Assembly (NCBI GenBank): GCA_041653035.1
Contig: JBAZGE010000001.1
Location: forward strand, 19,540-83,539
Length of the DNA stretch: 64,000 bases
Source: Candidatus Omnitrophota bacterium
GTDB taxonomy: Bacteria > Omnitrophota > Gorgyraeia > Gygaellales > Profunditerraquicolaceae
Reading direction: 5' to 3'
Below are positions 36,422 through 46,091 of this stretch, one piece after another (position 1 is the first letter of the stretch; the number at the start of each line of letters is the position of its first letter). The position numbers and the translations under genes are program-made. The notes beneath the pieces were generated by a model. The model saw only the letters and a program-made list of their open reading frames with translations. It ran no database searches and was not told the origin of the DNA.

Positions 36422-36676
36422 CTATGGATTCTTGCGCAGATTATCCGGGGCCGCGACCGAAATGACATTGGTGGACTGCACAAAATACACCGGATTACCT
36501 TCTTTATCGTATTTATTATCCACGCGCAGAACCTTGGTGGCGACCAGCTTCATTTTTATCATCGTCCCGTCATCAAGCAGATATTGATTCCATTGTTCGC
36601 CGGACTGACTGACTTCGACGGGAGTGGCCTCTACCTCTTCCCCGCCGAAATTTATTTTTACCTTGTTACTCGGCAT
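36422..36676 (-). CDS. Small hypothetical protein (84 aa)
   Basis: ORF only. Overlaps the SOD stop by 11 nt. No motif recognised. Confidence 0.3.
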   Translation of the reverse strand: MPSNKVKINFGGEEVEATPVEVSQSGEQWNQYLLDDGTMIKMKLVATKVLRVDNKYDKEGNPVYFVQSTNVISVAAPDNLRKNP

Positions 36677-37289
36677 ACTCTTCCCTCCCTATACTCCGGA
36701 CGGGCTGCCGGCTTTGAACCGCATCCCAATCGATCACGTTGAAAAAAGCTTCTATATATTTTATCCGTTCAAGCTGATAATCGGTAATAAAAGCGTGTTC
36801 GAACACATCCATGACCAGCAGGGGTTTGGCGCCGCTCAAGTGGCCGGCGTCGTGTTCGTTTATCCAGGCGTTGAACAATTTTCCATTCTGCGCATCCTGA
36901 TACAGGATAACCCAGCCGATCCCGCGCATAACGCCCGTAGAAACAAAATCCTGTTTCCATGCCTCAAAGGAGCCGAAATCATCGCTGATTTTTTTATGCA
37001 ACGCGCCCTTGCTGTCCAGCGGTTTCTTTCCCCCCATATTCTCAAAATAATATTCGTGCAGGCGCATACCGTTGAATTCCCATCCGAACCTGCGCTTCAA
37101 TTCAGCGTATTCGGGAGTACGATCCTTGCCTTCGGCAAGCAGCGCATTCAGCCTTTCCTGAAGCGTATTGACGTTCTTGACATAACCCTGGTACAGTTTG
37201 AAATGATTATTCAAAAGAATATCGCTGAAACCGGACATCCCCGTCAACCGCGCGAAATCTTTAGCCTGATAAATGATACTTATTCCCAT
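36666..37289 (-). CDS. sodA: Fe/Mn superoxide dismutase family protein (divergent N-terminal His region)
   Basis: C-terminal DVFEHAF (DxWEH ligand motif), GIGWVIL, LHEYYFENM (His81 region). The N-terminal region reads NNHFKLYQGYV instead of the canonical HHxKHHQxYV. Confidence 0.7.
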   Translation of the reverse strand: MGISIIYQAKDFARLTGMSGFSDILLNNHFKLYQGYVKNVNTLQERLNALLAEGKDRTPEYAELKRRFGWEFNGMRLHEYYFENMGGKKPLDSKGALHKKISDDFGSFEAWKQDFVSTGVMRGIGWVILYQDAQNGKLFNAWINEHDAGHLSGAKPLLVMDVFEHAFITDYQLERIKYIEAFFNVIDWDAVQSRQPVRSIGREEYAE

Positions 37290-37434
37290 GCCGCACCTCC
37301 TTATTGCTATGAATCTATTTTAACACAGCGAAGAACGATTGCAACAATTCATCGTGAGCGGGTTCTGAGGAAATAACGGGAAACCGGGGAAGGCGAAAAA
37401 AGACCGGCACATTCCTTCAGGGAGGAGGAAACTA

Positions 37435-37510
37435 CGGGGTCGACGAGATTTGAACTCGCGGTCTTCGCCGTGACAGGGCGACGTGTTAAACCAGACTACA
37501 CTACGACCCC
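37435..37510 (-). tRNA. tRNA-Asp (anticodon GUC)
   Basis: Manual cloverleaf: acceptor GGGGUCG/CGACCCC, D-stem GUGU/ACAC, anticodon stem UCGCC/GGCGA with loop CUGUCAC, T-loop UUCAAAU. 76 nt. Confidence 0.85.
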
Positions 37511-37529
37511 AATAAAGCAGAACTAAGAG

Positions 37530-37889
37530 CTAAGAATTAAGAAAGATTAGTTTGGTTAAAATTTTTATTACTTCTATGTTGCGATTTTCTATATCTAATA
37601 AAGCCTTTTTATCCGAACAAATCAACCCGGAATCTTTAAGAATCTGCAGCCAATTATCCAATTCATATCCTGAATTCAGCGCAATTTCGAAATAACTGCT
37701 TTTTTGTCTGTCTGATCTTACAGCATTCCCTTCCGCAATATTAGCTCCTATGGAGGTTGCTGAGTTTAAACATTGTATCACAATTCCTGAAAACTTTGAA
37801 CTACAATTTTTTAATATTTCAATCAGCAAGAGCGCGTTTTTATGAGCCTTTTGCCATGCCACAAGCTTTCTATAATTCGGCACATCCAT
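37530..37889 (-). CDS. Four-helix-bundle protein (TIGR02436 / 23S rRNA intervening-sequence protein / Avd-like family)
   Basis: 119 aa. ALNSATSIGANIAEGNAVRSDRQKSSYFEIALNSGYELDNWL matches the family consensus. Confidence 0.7.
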   Translation of the reverse strand: MDVPNYRKLVAWQKAHKNALLLIEILKNCSSKFSGIVIQCLNSATSIGANIAEGNAVRSDRQKSSYFEIALNSGYELDNWLQILKDSGLICSDKKALLDIENRNIEVIKILTKLIFLNS

Positions 37890-37938
37890 GCTTTTAAACG
37901 CTCGTTTTTTCTTAGCTCTTAGTTCTTAGTTCTTAACT

Positions 37939-38012
37939 CTGAATTAATGGGCGCTAGAGGACTTGAACCCCTGACCTGTTGAATGTAAGTCAACTGCTCT
38001 AACCAGCTGAGC
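37939..38012 (-). tRNA. tRNA-Val (anticodon UAC)
   Basis: Manual cloverleaf: acceptor GGGCGCU/AGCGCCC, D-stem GCUC/GAGC, anticodon stem GUUGA/UCAAC with loop CUUACAU, T-stem AGGGG/CCUCU. 74 nt, no encoded CCA. Confidence 0.85.
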
Positions 38013-38691
38013 TAAGCGCCCGGATTTTACTCCATTTTCCAATTCCCGCTATCCAACCATCGATTTTAGCTTTTAAACGGGTATCGCACACTACAATTCT
38101 GAATGTCCCTAAAGGCAACGTATCTCTTTTATGCTTACTGGCTTTACTTATTCCAAATTGTGTCTTATGAAATTGACTTAATGGAATTTCGCTTATTTTA
38201 GACCAGAATTTTTCTGCTTTTTCCCTATCTAAATGCGGATGTATATTTACGAGCCCTCGAAATTTTTGCTCAGGGACATTGCATACTTCCCTGAAAAATC
38301 TCATCATTAACGCAATCATTGCGGGGTCTGAATTACTAAAATTAATGACATTTACAGTTGCTTTATAGCCTTCTGCCCAATATAAAGCACCTCCTAAAAT
38401 CTTTAATGTTTCTTTCGAACAACGGCTTGATATTTCGAGAAAGGCAGCATCAGCGATTTTTTTGCGTAAAGCCGCCCAAATATTTTTGGGGCTGTTCGGA
38501 TGATTGGCTGCTTTCGCTCTCGCCTGATCCTGTTTGAACTCTAAACGCTCGATTTGCTCAGCCGTCAGGGAGATTTCTCTTACCCAATCACTGACTGAAC
38601 TTTTTGCACATCCAGTCTTTTCTACAATTTCTCGCAGAGAATATCCGAGGGAACGTAATCTTTTAGCTTCTTTTTGTTCTTTGACTTTCAT
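37999..38691 (-). CDS. HTH-containing protein with a LAGLIDADG-like motif (putative free-standing homing-endonuclease-like gene)
   Basis: 230 aa. N-terminal resolvase-type HTH (LRSLGYSLREIVEKTGCAKSSVSDWVR). KILGGALYWAEGYK resembles a LAGLIDADG block. The 3' end overlaps tRNA-Val by 14 nt. Confidence 0.4.
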   Translation of the reverse strand: MKVKEQKEAKRLRSLGYSLREIVEKTGCAKSSVSDWVREISLTAEQIERLEFKQDQARAKAANHPNSPKNIWAALRKKIADAAFLEISSRCSKETLKILGGALYWAEGYKATVNVINFSNSDPAMIALMMRFFREVCNVPEQKFRGLVNIHPHLDREKAEKFWSKISEIPLSQFHKTQFGISKASKHKRDTLPLGTFRIVVCDTRLKAKIDGWIAGIGKWSKIRALSSAG

Positions 38692-38884
38692 ATCCGGACA
38701 ATAAATTATAATCTAAATATATTATATATCAGTGGTTCGTTTTGTCAAATAATTTTAGTCCCTCCAAACGCCTCTTTGGAAAGCGTCACTCCCTTACGTA
38801 CTATTAAAGAACAACGATGCACACCCTGAATTATAAACAGTAACACAAAAACAACGGAATTTCAACCCGGAGTACCTGTTGCGC

Positions 38885-39343
38885 TTACTGCCCCCCCAGC
38901 TTGCCCAGGATACCGAGCGTAAAGGCCATCACGAACAAAGCCACGGTCTCGGCCATGCCCAGGACCACAATATAATTCCCGAATCCTTTATTGGTCTCTC
39001 CCATGGCGTCGCAGGCGCTGGCGGCGCATTTGCCCTGCCAGTACGCGCTTAAACCTATAGCGAGCCCGGCGAAAGCCCCGACTCCCCAAAGATACTGTCC
39101 TTTGGCGGCAAGTTCATACATCTTATTCATCACGATCATCCCGTAAATGGTCTGCGTAAGCGGCGCGCCCACAAAAGCAATCAGCATGAACGATGCCGTT
39201 TTATTCTGCGCATAATTTTTTTTCCACGCGCCGATAGCAGCCATGCCGGCCGTACCTGCGCCTGCGGCAGAACCACAGGCAGACAAAGCAAGAACCAGCG
39301 CGAATCCCAAATCCTTGAACTGCACAAGCACATTTCCTTCCAT
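38885..39343 (-). CDS. ntpK: V-type ATP synthase subunit K (proteolipid)
   Basis: 152 aa, four hydrophobic helices, Gly/Ala-rich (GAGTAGMAAIGA...), conserved Glu in the last helix (MAETVALF). Confidence 0.8.
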   Translation of the reverse strand: MEGNVLVQFKDLGFALVLALSACGSAAGAGTAGMAAIGAWKKNYAQNKTASFMLIAFVGAPLTQTIYGMIVMNKMYELAAKGQYLWGVGAFAGLAIGLSAYWQGKCAASACDAMGETNKGFGNYIVVLGMAETVALFVMAFTLGILGKLGGQ

Positions 39344-39356
39344 AGTTTCCTCCCGG

Positions 39357-41120
39357 TTATTCTTTCAACGGATCATATTCCATTCCGCTCCAGGCCACAT
39401 TTGCATGACTGGAAAATTCCAAAACGTTAAGCCTGATGCCGTGCACCAGCACCGACATCGGCCCCAAGACAACATTCAACCCGTGTCCGATCAGCGCGAT
39501 CAAAACACCCGCAGACAAAGCCCCGAACCCGCCGCCTAACCCTGCCGCCATGGTATTGGTGGTTTCGGCAATCGCCACGCCCGCCAGCCCGACCGCAAAA
39601 AGACGGACATACGATACCACATCGGTAAAATTATTCATCAGGCTCAAAGCGGCCGTACCGAGCCCTTCGCCTATTGTTTTCAGTATATTACGCTGCGGAT
39701 TGGTAAATAAAATAACCAGCACGACGCCCGTCAGTATCAGCCATTTTCCCCCTGCGGGAAAAGATTCCCCCAGAATCAAGGTGCGCGCCAGGAAAAACGC
39801 GGTCCAGAGGACACAGATCCAGCCGGCATCCGCCAACGCCGCCGGCGACGGCAGTTTAATCAAGGCGCGCCAGGAATGGGCGAGGGAAAGATGCAAAGCT
39901 CCCAGAAAAAAACAGAATGTTTGCATAAACTTAGCGTCGTTTAATTGCGGGACTAACGGCTGCCATCCCCGTTTCAACAACCAGTCTTGGCCAAAAAAAG
40001 TCCCGGTCAACAATCCCCAGGCAATCGCGCAGGAACTCAATAAATACAACAGGTAAAATATTTTTTTCGCGGAAACATCTTTCTTTAATTTATTCTGCAG
40101 CCATACCGTGAACAATATGTATATGAGGCCATACCCGGCATCGCCGATCAGAATACCGAAGAAAATACCGAGGAAAATCAAAAAAAGCGCGCTCACGTCA
40201 AGTTCCCGGTACCCGGGAATAATCCCCAAAAGAGTAAACACCGGTTTTATCAAACCGACCCAGCGGGGACTACGGATCAAAGTAGGCACGGTGTCTTCTT
40301 CCGATGGCTGCCGAAGAGAAACCGCCCATTTTTTTTCCTGCGCTTCCTTCAACAGCGCGTCAACCGCATCAAAGGGAACATACCCGCACAAATAGGCAAT
40401 GCCCCCTGATTCTCCCATGCCTTTTAAAGCCCGATGAAACTCCAGTTCTTTTTCAATACTCCCCCGGTGCCGTTCAATATCCTTGAAATACCCTGCCTGC
40501 CGGCGTATTTCTTCCCGCAGAGATACTTCTACCCGCCCATCCTCCTCCAGCTTCCGGCGCATAGCGGTCAAAGACATTTTAGGCGCGGCAATCTCCTTAT
40601 ACGGCACCTCTGATTTTTCCCGTGAAACAACAAAACACCGGACAATGCCGTTGCGCACGGTTATTTTCCTGACGATCAGGGACGCATCCAAAACGTTGAT
40701 CCCGGCTTCCGGTATTTCAAAAAAACGGACATATATATTTCTTTCGGACAAGGCGCGGATCTGTTCCTGATCAACATCGCCCCAGGCTTCCCATTCAGCG
40801 ATCCGGGCTTCCAACAACCGGGCATATTCCTGGAGATGATCCAGCCGTTTTTCCATATCGATGATATGGCGGATTACCGCCTTCCAATCCACCGCGGACT
40901 GCGCGGGCTGTTCAAAATCTTTTTCCCCGCAAAAACGGGAAAGGATGTCCAAAGCGGCGGCCGCCAGCACACTGTCTTCCTGAAGCGCCGCGATATCCGC
41001 GCCCTGAGGAACCTGCTGATGCTCCACGTGCACCACTCCCAGCCTGCGCAGATGAATGAGCGTATCCTGCGCATCCCGAGACCGGCACAGGCACCAGACT
41101 TTTTTCATAGGGACGATCAT
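39357..41120 (-). CDS. ntpI: V-type ATP synthase subunit I (a-subunit)
   Basis: 587 aa. Soluble N-terminal coiled-coil half and multi-TM C-terminal half. Position in the operon. Confidence 0.8.
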   Translation of the reverse strand: MIVPMKKVWCLCRSRDAQDTLIHLRRLGVVHVEHQQVPQGADIAALQEDSVLAAAALDILSRFCGEKDFEQPAQSAVDWKAVIRHIIDMEKRLDHLQEYARLLEARIAEWEAWGDVDQEQIRALSERNIYVRFFEIPEAGINVLDASLIVRKITVRNGIVRCFVVSREKSEVPYKEIAAPKMSLTAMRRKLEEDGRVEVSLREEIRRQAGYFKDIERHRGSIEKELEFHRALKGMGESGGIAYLCGYVPFDAVDALLKEAQEKKWAVSLRQPSEEDTVPTLIRSPRWVGLIKPVFTLLGIIPGYRELDVSALFLIFLGIFFGILIGDAGYGLIYILFTVWLQNKLKKDVSAKKIFYLLYLLSSCAIAWGLLTGTFFGQDWLLKRGWQPLVPQLNDAKFMQTFCFFLGALHLSLAHSWRALIKLPSPAALADAGWICVLWTAFFLARTLILGESFPAGGKWLILTGVVLVILFTNPQRNILKTIGEGLGTAALSLMNNFTDVVSYVRLFAVGLAGVAIAETTNTMAAGLGGGFGALSAGVLIALIGHGLNVVLGPMSVLVHGIRLNVLEFSSHANVAWSGMEYDPLKE

Positions 41121-41734
41121 CCTGCCACCTCAAACGCCAGAAGTTCTTCTATTTTCCGTTTGGCGATTTTACTTCTTCCCACGGCATTAGCCATCTGATC
41201 GCCAATGTAGATCTTGATCCTGCGGACCGCCTCCTCCGCCTCGGGGATCTTTACCTTTTCAAACAGATTAACCCTCTGCGTGGTAATACGCAGTTCATGC
41301 CGGAGTATCTCTATCGCCCGCCGCATGATCCCTATCTCTTCACGCAAAGAAACCAGTTCCCGCAAAAGCCCGATCGCCGCATCTACCCAGGGAGGAACCA
41401 GGAATAAATCATATTCCGCCTCGGCAAAATCCGCGCGCTCAAAAACAGGAAGATCGACCCCCGCCACATTCCTGGCCCCGGACACAATCTTAAGAGGGGC
41501 AATCCACGCGGACAACGATATCCCCGAATCCGCAAGAAGCCCAATCCAGGAAAGAACGGCCGACCTTCGGGAGTTTTCCGTCCGCAGCTTCTCTTCAAAA
41601 ATGCCGTTCCAGCGCAGGATCTCCATCTGCAGCTGCTGTTTCTTAAGCTGTAACGTCGGCAGGTACCTCCGGAATTGACGGAGATCATCCCGCTGCCGCT
41701 TCAATTCACCTTTTGTTAATTTTATCTTAACCAT
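41117..41734 (-). CDS. ntpD: V-type ATP synthase subunit D
   Basis: 205 aa. N-terminal KLTKGELKRQRDDLRQFRRYLPTLQLKKQQLQ pattern typical of subunit D. 4-nt overlap with ntpI. Confidence 0.75.
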   Translation of the reverse strand: MVKIKLTKGELKRQRDDLRQFRRYLPTLQLKKQQLQMEILRWNGIFEEKLRTENSRRSAVLSWIGLLADSGISLSAWIAPLKIVSGARNVAGVDLPVFERADFAEAEYDLFLVPPWVDAAIGLLRELVSLREEIGIMRRAIEILRHELRITTQRVNLFEKVKIPEAEEAVRRIKIYIGDQMANAVGRSKIAKRKIEELLAFEVAG

Positions 41735-41744
41735 AAACCAAGTT

Positions 41745-41838
41745 CCGTAATACGTAATTCGTAAACGGTAAATCGTAATGAAAATGGATTCCCCTGTATA
41801 GAACTCTCCTTTTACGATTTACGCATTACGAAATTACG
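41745..41838. repeat. Imperfect inverted repeat built from CGTAA(T/A)/TTACG pentamer units, intergenic inside the V-ATPase operon
   Basis: Left arm CCGTAATACGTAATTCGTAAACGGTAAATCGTAA, right arm TTTTACGATTTACGCATTACGAAATTACGG, ~30-nt spacer. Confidence 0.4.
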
Positions 41839-41848
41839 GCATAAAAGT

Positions 41849-43147
41849 TTACGCCGAATGCTGCCAGTATTGCTCGATAAGCGATTTTTTAATACCGGTC
41901 TCCTCGGGGGTGAAACATTCTCCCAAAATCTGCCATCCTCTATCCAATGCTTTTTCGAGAGAGATATTGACCTTTAAAGACATCATTTCGCTTTCAAAAA
42001 TCATTCCGTATTTGAGCAGTTTTTTATCCCACGCGCTCATCTGAAACCCCATGGCCTGTTTTTCCAGCGTTTCCCGGTAACCGGCAAAAAGCTGTATCAT
42101 GGTATCCATGATCGTACGGTGGTCGGAACGGGTCTTCCCGTTCACCTGCTGTTTCAGGCGGCTCAGAGATCCGAACGGTTCGATCACGCTGTTCTTTAGA
42201 TAAAACTGCCCCTCGGTTATGTATCCGGTATTATCCGGAACGGGATGCGTCACATCATCGCCGGGCATAGTGGTCACCGCCAGTATGGTGATGGAGCCGG
42301 CACTATCAAAATCAACCGCTTTCTCATAGCGGGCGGCGAGTTGACTGTAGAGATCACCGGGATACCCGCGGTTCGACGGAACCTGTTCCATGGTAATGGC
42401 GATCTCCTTTAACGCGTCGGCGAAATTGGTCATGTCGGACAGCAAGACCAGCACCCGCTTGCCGTTCAGGGCGAAATGCTCGGCAACCGCCAGGCTTATA
42501 TCCGGGACCAGCAGGCATTCTACCGTCGGATCCGAAGCGGTGTGGATAAAAAAGATCGAACGGGAAAGAGCGCCTTTTTCTTCCAGCGTATCCCGGAAGA
42601 AAAGATAATCGTCGTATTTCAACCCCATGCCGCCGAGTATGATGATATCCACTTCCGCCTGGACCGCGATACGGGCCAGGACATCATTATAGGGTTCGCC
42701 GGCTATGGAAAAAATCGGGAGCTTTTGGGATTCGACCAGAGAATTAAACACATCGATCATGGGAATGCCCGTCCGGATCATTTTATTCGGGATGATCCTC
42801 TTCACCGGGTTTACCGGCGGGCCGCCGATATCCACCAGGTTATCCCCCAGCACCGGGCCTTTGTCCAAAGGATGACCGCTGCCGTTGAAAATCCTGCCCA
42901 TAAGGTCTTCGCCGCTGGCAACGCGCATGGGATGACCTAGAAAACGGACCCGGTCCCCGGTAGAAACCCCCTTGCTCCCGGCGAATATCTGCAGGGATAC
43001 GCGTTTTCCGTCAAGACGGATGACCTGGGCGAGGGAAACGCCCCGTGAAGTTGTGATCTCGGCTATCTCATTATATCCGATACCTTCCGCTTCCACGGTG
43101 ATTACGTCTCCGGCAATCTGAACGATACTTGTATAAATTTTTTGCAT
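41849..43147 (-). CDS. ntpB: V-type ATP synthase subunit B
   Basis: 432 aa. A/B-family nucleotide-binding fold with degenerate P-loop ([12 protein letters not shown]), as in non-catalytic B subunits. Confidence 0.9.
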   Translation of the reverse strand: MQKIYTSIVQIAGDVITVEAEGIGYNEIAEITTSRGVSLAQVIRLDGKRVSLQIFAGSKGVSTGDRVRFLGHPMRVASGEDLMGRIFNGSGHPLDKGPVLGDNLVDIGGPPVNPVKRIIPNKMIRTGIPMIDVFNSLVESQKLPIFSIAGEPYNDVLARIAVQAEVDIIILGGMGLKYDDYLFFRDTLEEKGALSRSIFFIHTASDPTVECLLVPDISLAVAEHFALNGKRVLVLLSDMTNFADALKEIAITMEQVPSNRGYPGDLYSQLAARYEKAVDFDSAGSITILAVTTMPGDDVTHPVPDNTGYITEGQFYLKNSVIEPFGSLSRLKQQVNGKTRSDHRTIMDTMIQLFAGYRETLEKQAMGFQMSAWDKKLLKYGMIFESEMMSLKVNISLEKALDRGWQILGECFTPEETGIKKSLIEQYWQHSA

Positions 43148-43154
43148 GGTTTTG

Positions 43155-44894
43155 TTATTGTTGTTGGTGCCGTTTCTGCTCTACGAGCAAAGATAGCTCC
43201 TGTTCGATCTGCTCAAATTCGGGAGATCTGAACGGAGAAGAATTCCACCCTTTGAACAACTGGCGCAGCTGCTGAAAAAAGTGAAGCGCTTTTTCCTTGT
43301 TCTCAAAATCAAATTCCGCGTCAAGGATATCGTGAATGAACGAAAAAATGTATTTCTGCCGGTCCGCCGGGCAGGCCTCGTCGACCGCATCAAACGCGTT
43401 TTGCTGAAGATACACGGAATCAAAAAACTCTCCCTTAAGATATTCAACGTAATCGGGCAGAGATGTCCCTTCTTCACCGATAACCTTCATCATCTGGGAC
43501 ACCTCGTGGCTTTTACGCAGAATATCCTGCCCTTTTTCACGATGGAGCCGGCCGATTATGCTGGGATACTTGCTCCAACTGATCAAAGGATCGATCGCCG
43601 GATAACGCCGGGCGTCGGAACGCTCACGGGAAAGCCCGTGAAACGCGCCTACTACTTTTAACGTGGCCTGGGTTACCGGTTCCTCAAAATTCCCTCCTGC
43701 CGGGCTGATGGTCCCGCCGATAGTAACCGAACCGATGGACCCGTCATACAGCCTGACCACTCCCGCGCGCTCATAAAAAGAGGCTATCCGAGATTCCAGG
43801 TACGCCGGGAAGGCTTCTTCCCCGGGGATCTCCTCCAGGCGGCCGGACATCTCCCGCATAGCCTGCGCCCACCGGGAAGTGGAATCTGCAAGCAGCAAAA
43901 CATGCAGTCCCATCTGCCGGTAATATTCGGCGATGGTCACCGCGGTATACACGCTCGATTCCCGCGCGGCAACAGGCATGGAACTGGTATTACAGATTAT
44001 CACCGTGCGGTCGCTCAACGGCTTCTGTGTCCGCGGATCGACCAGTTCCGGAAATGTCTTCAAGGTCTCGACAACTTCTCCCGCGCGCTCGCCGCAGGCA
44101 GCGATAATGACGACATCCGCCTCTGCGTGCCGGCTGACCAGCTGCTGCAGCACGGTCTTTCCGGCGCCAAAAGGCCCGGGAATACAATACGTCCCCCCGC
44201 GGGCAACCGGAAAAAGCGAATCGATCAAACGCATCTTGGTTACCAGCGGCTCTTCGGGTTTCAACCGTTCAGCATACGCCTTAATAGCCAGCTTTACCGG
44301 CCAGCGCTGCTTCAGGCACACATTCTCTTCTTTTCCCGCCGTATCCCGCAGCCGGGCAATCGGCTGTTTCAGATTATACCGGCCCAGGTTCGCAATACTG
44401 AGTACCTCTGCCGTGCCCTTCAGAAAGAACGGCGCCATGATAAAATGCCTGAATATTTTTTCCGGCACAAACCCCAGGCGGGTACCGGCTTTCACCATAT
44501 CGCCTTTTTTAACCAGAGGCGTAAATTCCCACTCGGCAGACTCGGCAAGAGGGGCGGGATACACTCCCCGTTTTAAGAAAAACCCGTACTCCTCGGCAAG
44601 ATGCGGCAGAGGATTCTGCAGTCCATCAAAGATCTGCCCCAGAAGCCCGGGGCCGAGTTCGGCCGAAAGCAATTCTCCCGTGAATTCCACCGTGTCCCCG
44701 ACCCGCAGTCCGCCCGTATTTTCATATACCTGAGTCTCCGCCTCATTGTTCCTGACGCGGATAACCTCGGCTTTGAGCGCCTCCTGCCCGCTGTGTATAT
44801 ACGCCACTTCGTTCTGTATCACCGTTGAATCGATCCGCGCGGTCACCATATTACCGCTGACTTTTATAACCTTCCCTTTTCTCTGAGACTGCAT
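43155..44894 (-). CDS. ntpA: V-type ATP synthase catalytic subunit A
   Basis: 579 aa. [12 protein letters not shown] Walker A. A-subunit-specific non-homologous region. Confidence 0.9.
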   Translation of the reverse strand: MQSQRKGKVIKVSGNMVTARIDSTVIQNEVAYIHSGQEALKAEVIRVRNNEAETQVYENTGGLRVGDTVEFTGELLSAELGPGLLGQIFDGLQNPLPHLAEEYGFFLKRGVYPAPLAESAEWEFTPLVKKGDMVKAGTRLGFVPEKIFRHFIMAPFFLKGTAEVLSIANLGRYNLKQPIARLRDTAGKEENVCLKQRWPVKLAIKAYAERLKPEEPLVTKMRLIDSLFPVARGGTYCIPGPFGAGKTVLQQLVSRHAEADVVIIAACGERAGEVVETLKTFPELVDPRTQKPLSDRTVIICNTSSMPVAARESSVYTAVTIAEYYRQMGLHVLLLADSTSRWAQAMREMSGRLEEIPGEEAFPAYLESRIASFYERAGVVRLYDGSIGSVTIGGTISPAGGNFEEPVTQATLKVVGAFHGLSRERSDARRYPAIDPLISWSKYPSIIGRLHREKGQDILRKSHEVSQMMKVIGEEGTSLPDYVEYLKGEFFDSVYLQQNAFDAVDEACPADRQKYIFSFIHDILDAEFDFENKEKALHFFQQLRQLFKGWNSSPFRSPEFEQIEQELSLLVEQKRHQQQ

Positions 44895-44906
44895 ATTTTT
44901 TCCCGG

Positions 44907-45446
44907 TTATTGCTTCTGTGTGGTGCCCGGCAATACCCGCTCCAATTCTTTTTGTTTATCCGCTCCGGCGATTGTATCCCAGCGCACAAGGATGTGCAGC
45001 TTCAACGCATACACAACCAAAACCTCCAGATCAAAATAATGCCCGAATGAAAGCTCGTCGAGTTTCCGCCACCGCTCCTGATCCAGGAATTTTTCTCCGT
45101 CCATAAACGACGGGATGCGCTGGCTGTTCATCGCGGCATGATACAGCGCGCTTTCAGTGTATCCGTCCCGGCGCAGATACCGGGCCGGGTCTATTTTCCT
45201 GCGGGCGGCGCGGATCTTCACCAGTTCATTGCGCAGAGCGGTTTCAAACTCCATCCACTCTTTCAACAGGGGAAGATCGGTCTCATCTTCCAGGAACAGA
45301 TCCCTGCCGCACAAGGCTACGGCAGCATAGTCTTTTTCCGGGATCAAATCCGCGCACTGCCGGAGAAAATGTTCAAACGAAAATGGGGGTTTTGCCCCAA
45401 AATGAAGCATGGGCAGACTTGCAACAAAATAGTAGTAGTTCGACAT
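44907..45446 (-). CDS. DUF2764-like protein of V-ATPase operons
   Basis: 179 aa. MSNYYYFVASLPML N-terminus. Position between subunits E and A as in chlamydial/spirochaetal operons. Recall-based. Confidence 0.45.
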   Translation of the reverse strand: MSNYYYFVASLPMLHFGAKPPFSFEHFLRQCADLIPEKDYAAVALCGRDLFLEDETDLPLLKEWMEFETALRNELVKIRAARRKIDPARYLRRDGYTESALYHAAMNSQRIPSFMDGEKFLDQERWRKLDELSFGHYFDLEVLVVYALKLHILVRWDTIAGADKQKELERVLPGTTQKQ

Positions 45447-45464
45447 AATAATCCGCGTCCCCAG

Positions 45465-46070
45465 CTATGGGTTTATCCTGAGGATCTCCGCCAGTTTCGG
45501 CTTCACCTGCGCCCCCAAGTATTGCGCCAGGGATCTATCGGTAAAATCAAAGCGCGATTTCCCGGAATCAAAACTGATGACAAAACCGGCCTGAATATCG
45601 TCCTGCGCGCGCAATTCTATCCCTTTTTTGAGTTCGCCGTTCAGCTTACTCAGGAAAGCCCCTTCTAAAACGCGCTTGTCCTGTTCTTTAAGATACACCA
45701 AGACTTGCGAATCCTGCCCGCGGCAATATTCCTTTACCAGCGCAGTGATGATCGCGGCGAGCGCATCCGGCGTCAATGCCGCCGATGCTTCCGTGATTAT
45801 CATCCTCTCCAGCATTTCAGATATCTCCCGTTTCAAAGAAAGCAACAAATCCCTTCCTGCCTGCTGTAAAGAGGCCTGCGAGCTTGCCTGCATGCTGTCG
45901 ATCCGATCCTGCGCCTCCTCGACCATTTTTTTCGCCTGGGCCTCGGTTTTTTGCATGATCATCCCGGCTTTATCCCGCGCTTCCTGCTCTATCCGGCGGG
46001 CTTTTTCTTCTGCGGCCTGAACGCCTTCCTCGTTTATCTTTTCGATAAGTTCCTTGATCTGATCTGTCAT
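45465..46070 (-). CDS. ntpE: V-type ATP synthase subunit E
   Basis: 201 aa. Highly charged helical N-terminus (EEKARRIEQEARDKA...) and globular C-terminus. First gene of the operon. Confidence 0.7.
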   Translation of the reverse strand: MTDQIKELIEKINEEGVQAAEEKARRIEQEARDKAGMIMQKTEAQAKKMVEEAQDRIDSMQASSQASLQQAGRDLLLSLKREISEMLERMIITEASAALTPDALAAIITALVKEYCRGQDSQVLVYLKEQDKRVLEGAFLSKLNGELKKGIELRAQDDIQAGFVISFDSGKSRFDFTDRSLAQYLGAQVKPKLAEILRINP

Positions 46071-46091
46071 ACAACACTCCTCGCGGTTATC

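Noticed and set aside
37530-37889. Diversity-generating retroelement, suggested by the Avd-like four-helix-bundle gene
   Set aside because: There is no reverse transcriptase, template/variable repeat pair or target gene nearby. The gene is more likely an intervening-sequence-type or orphan four-helix-bundle gene.
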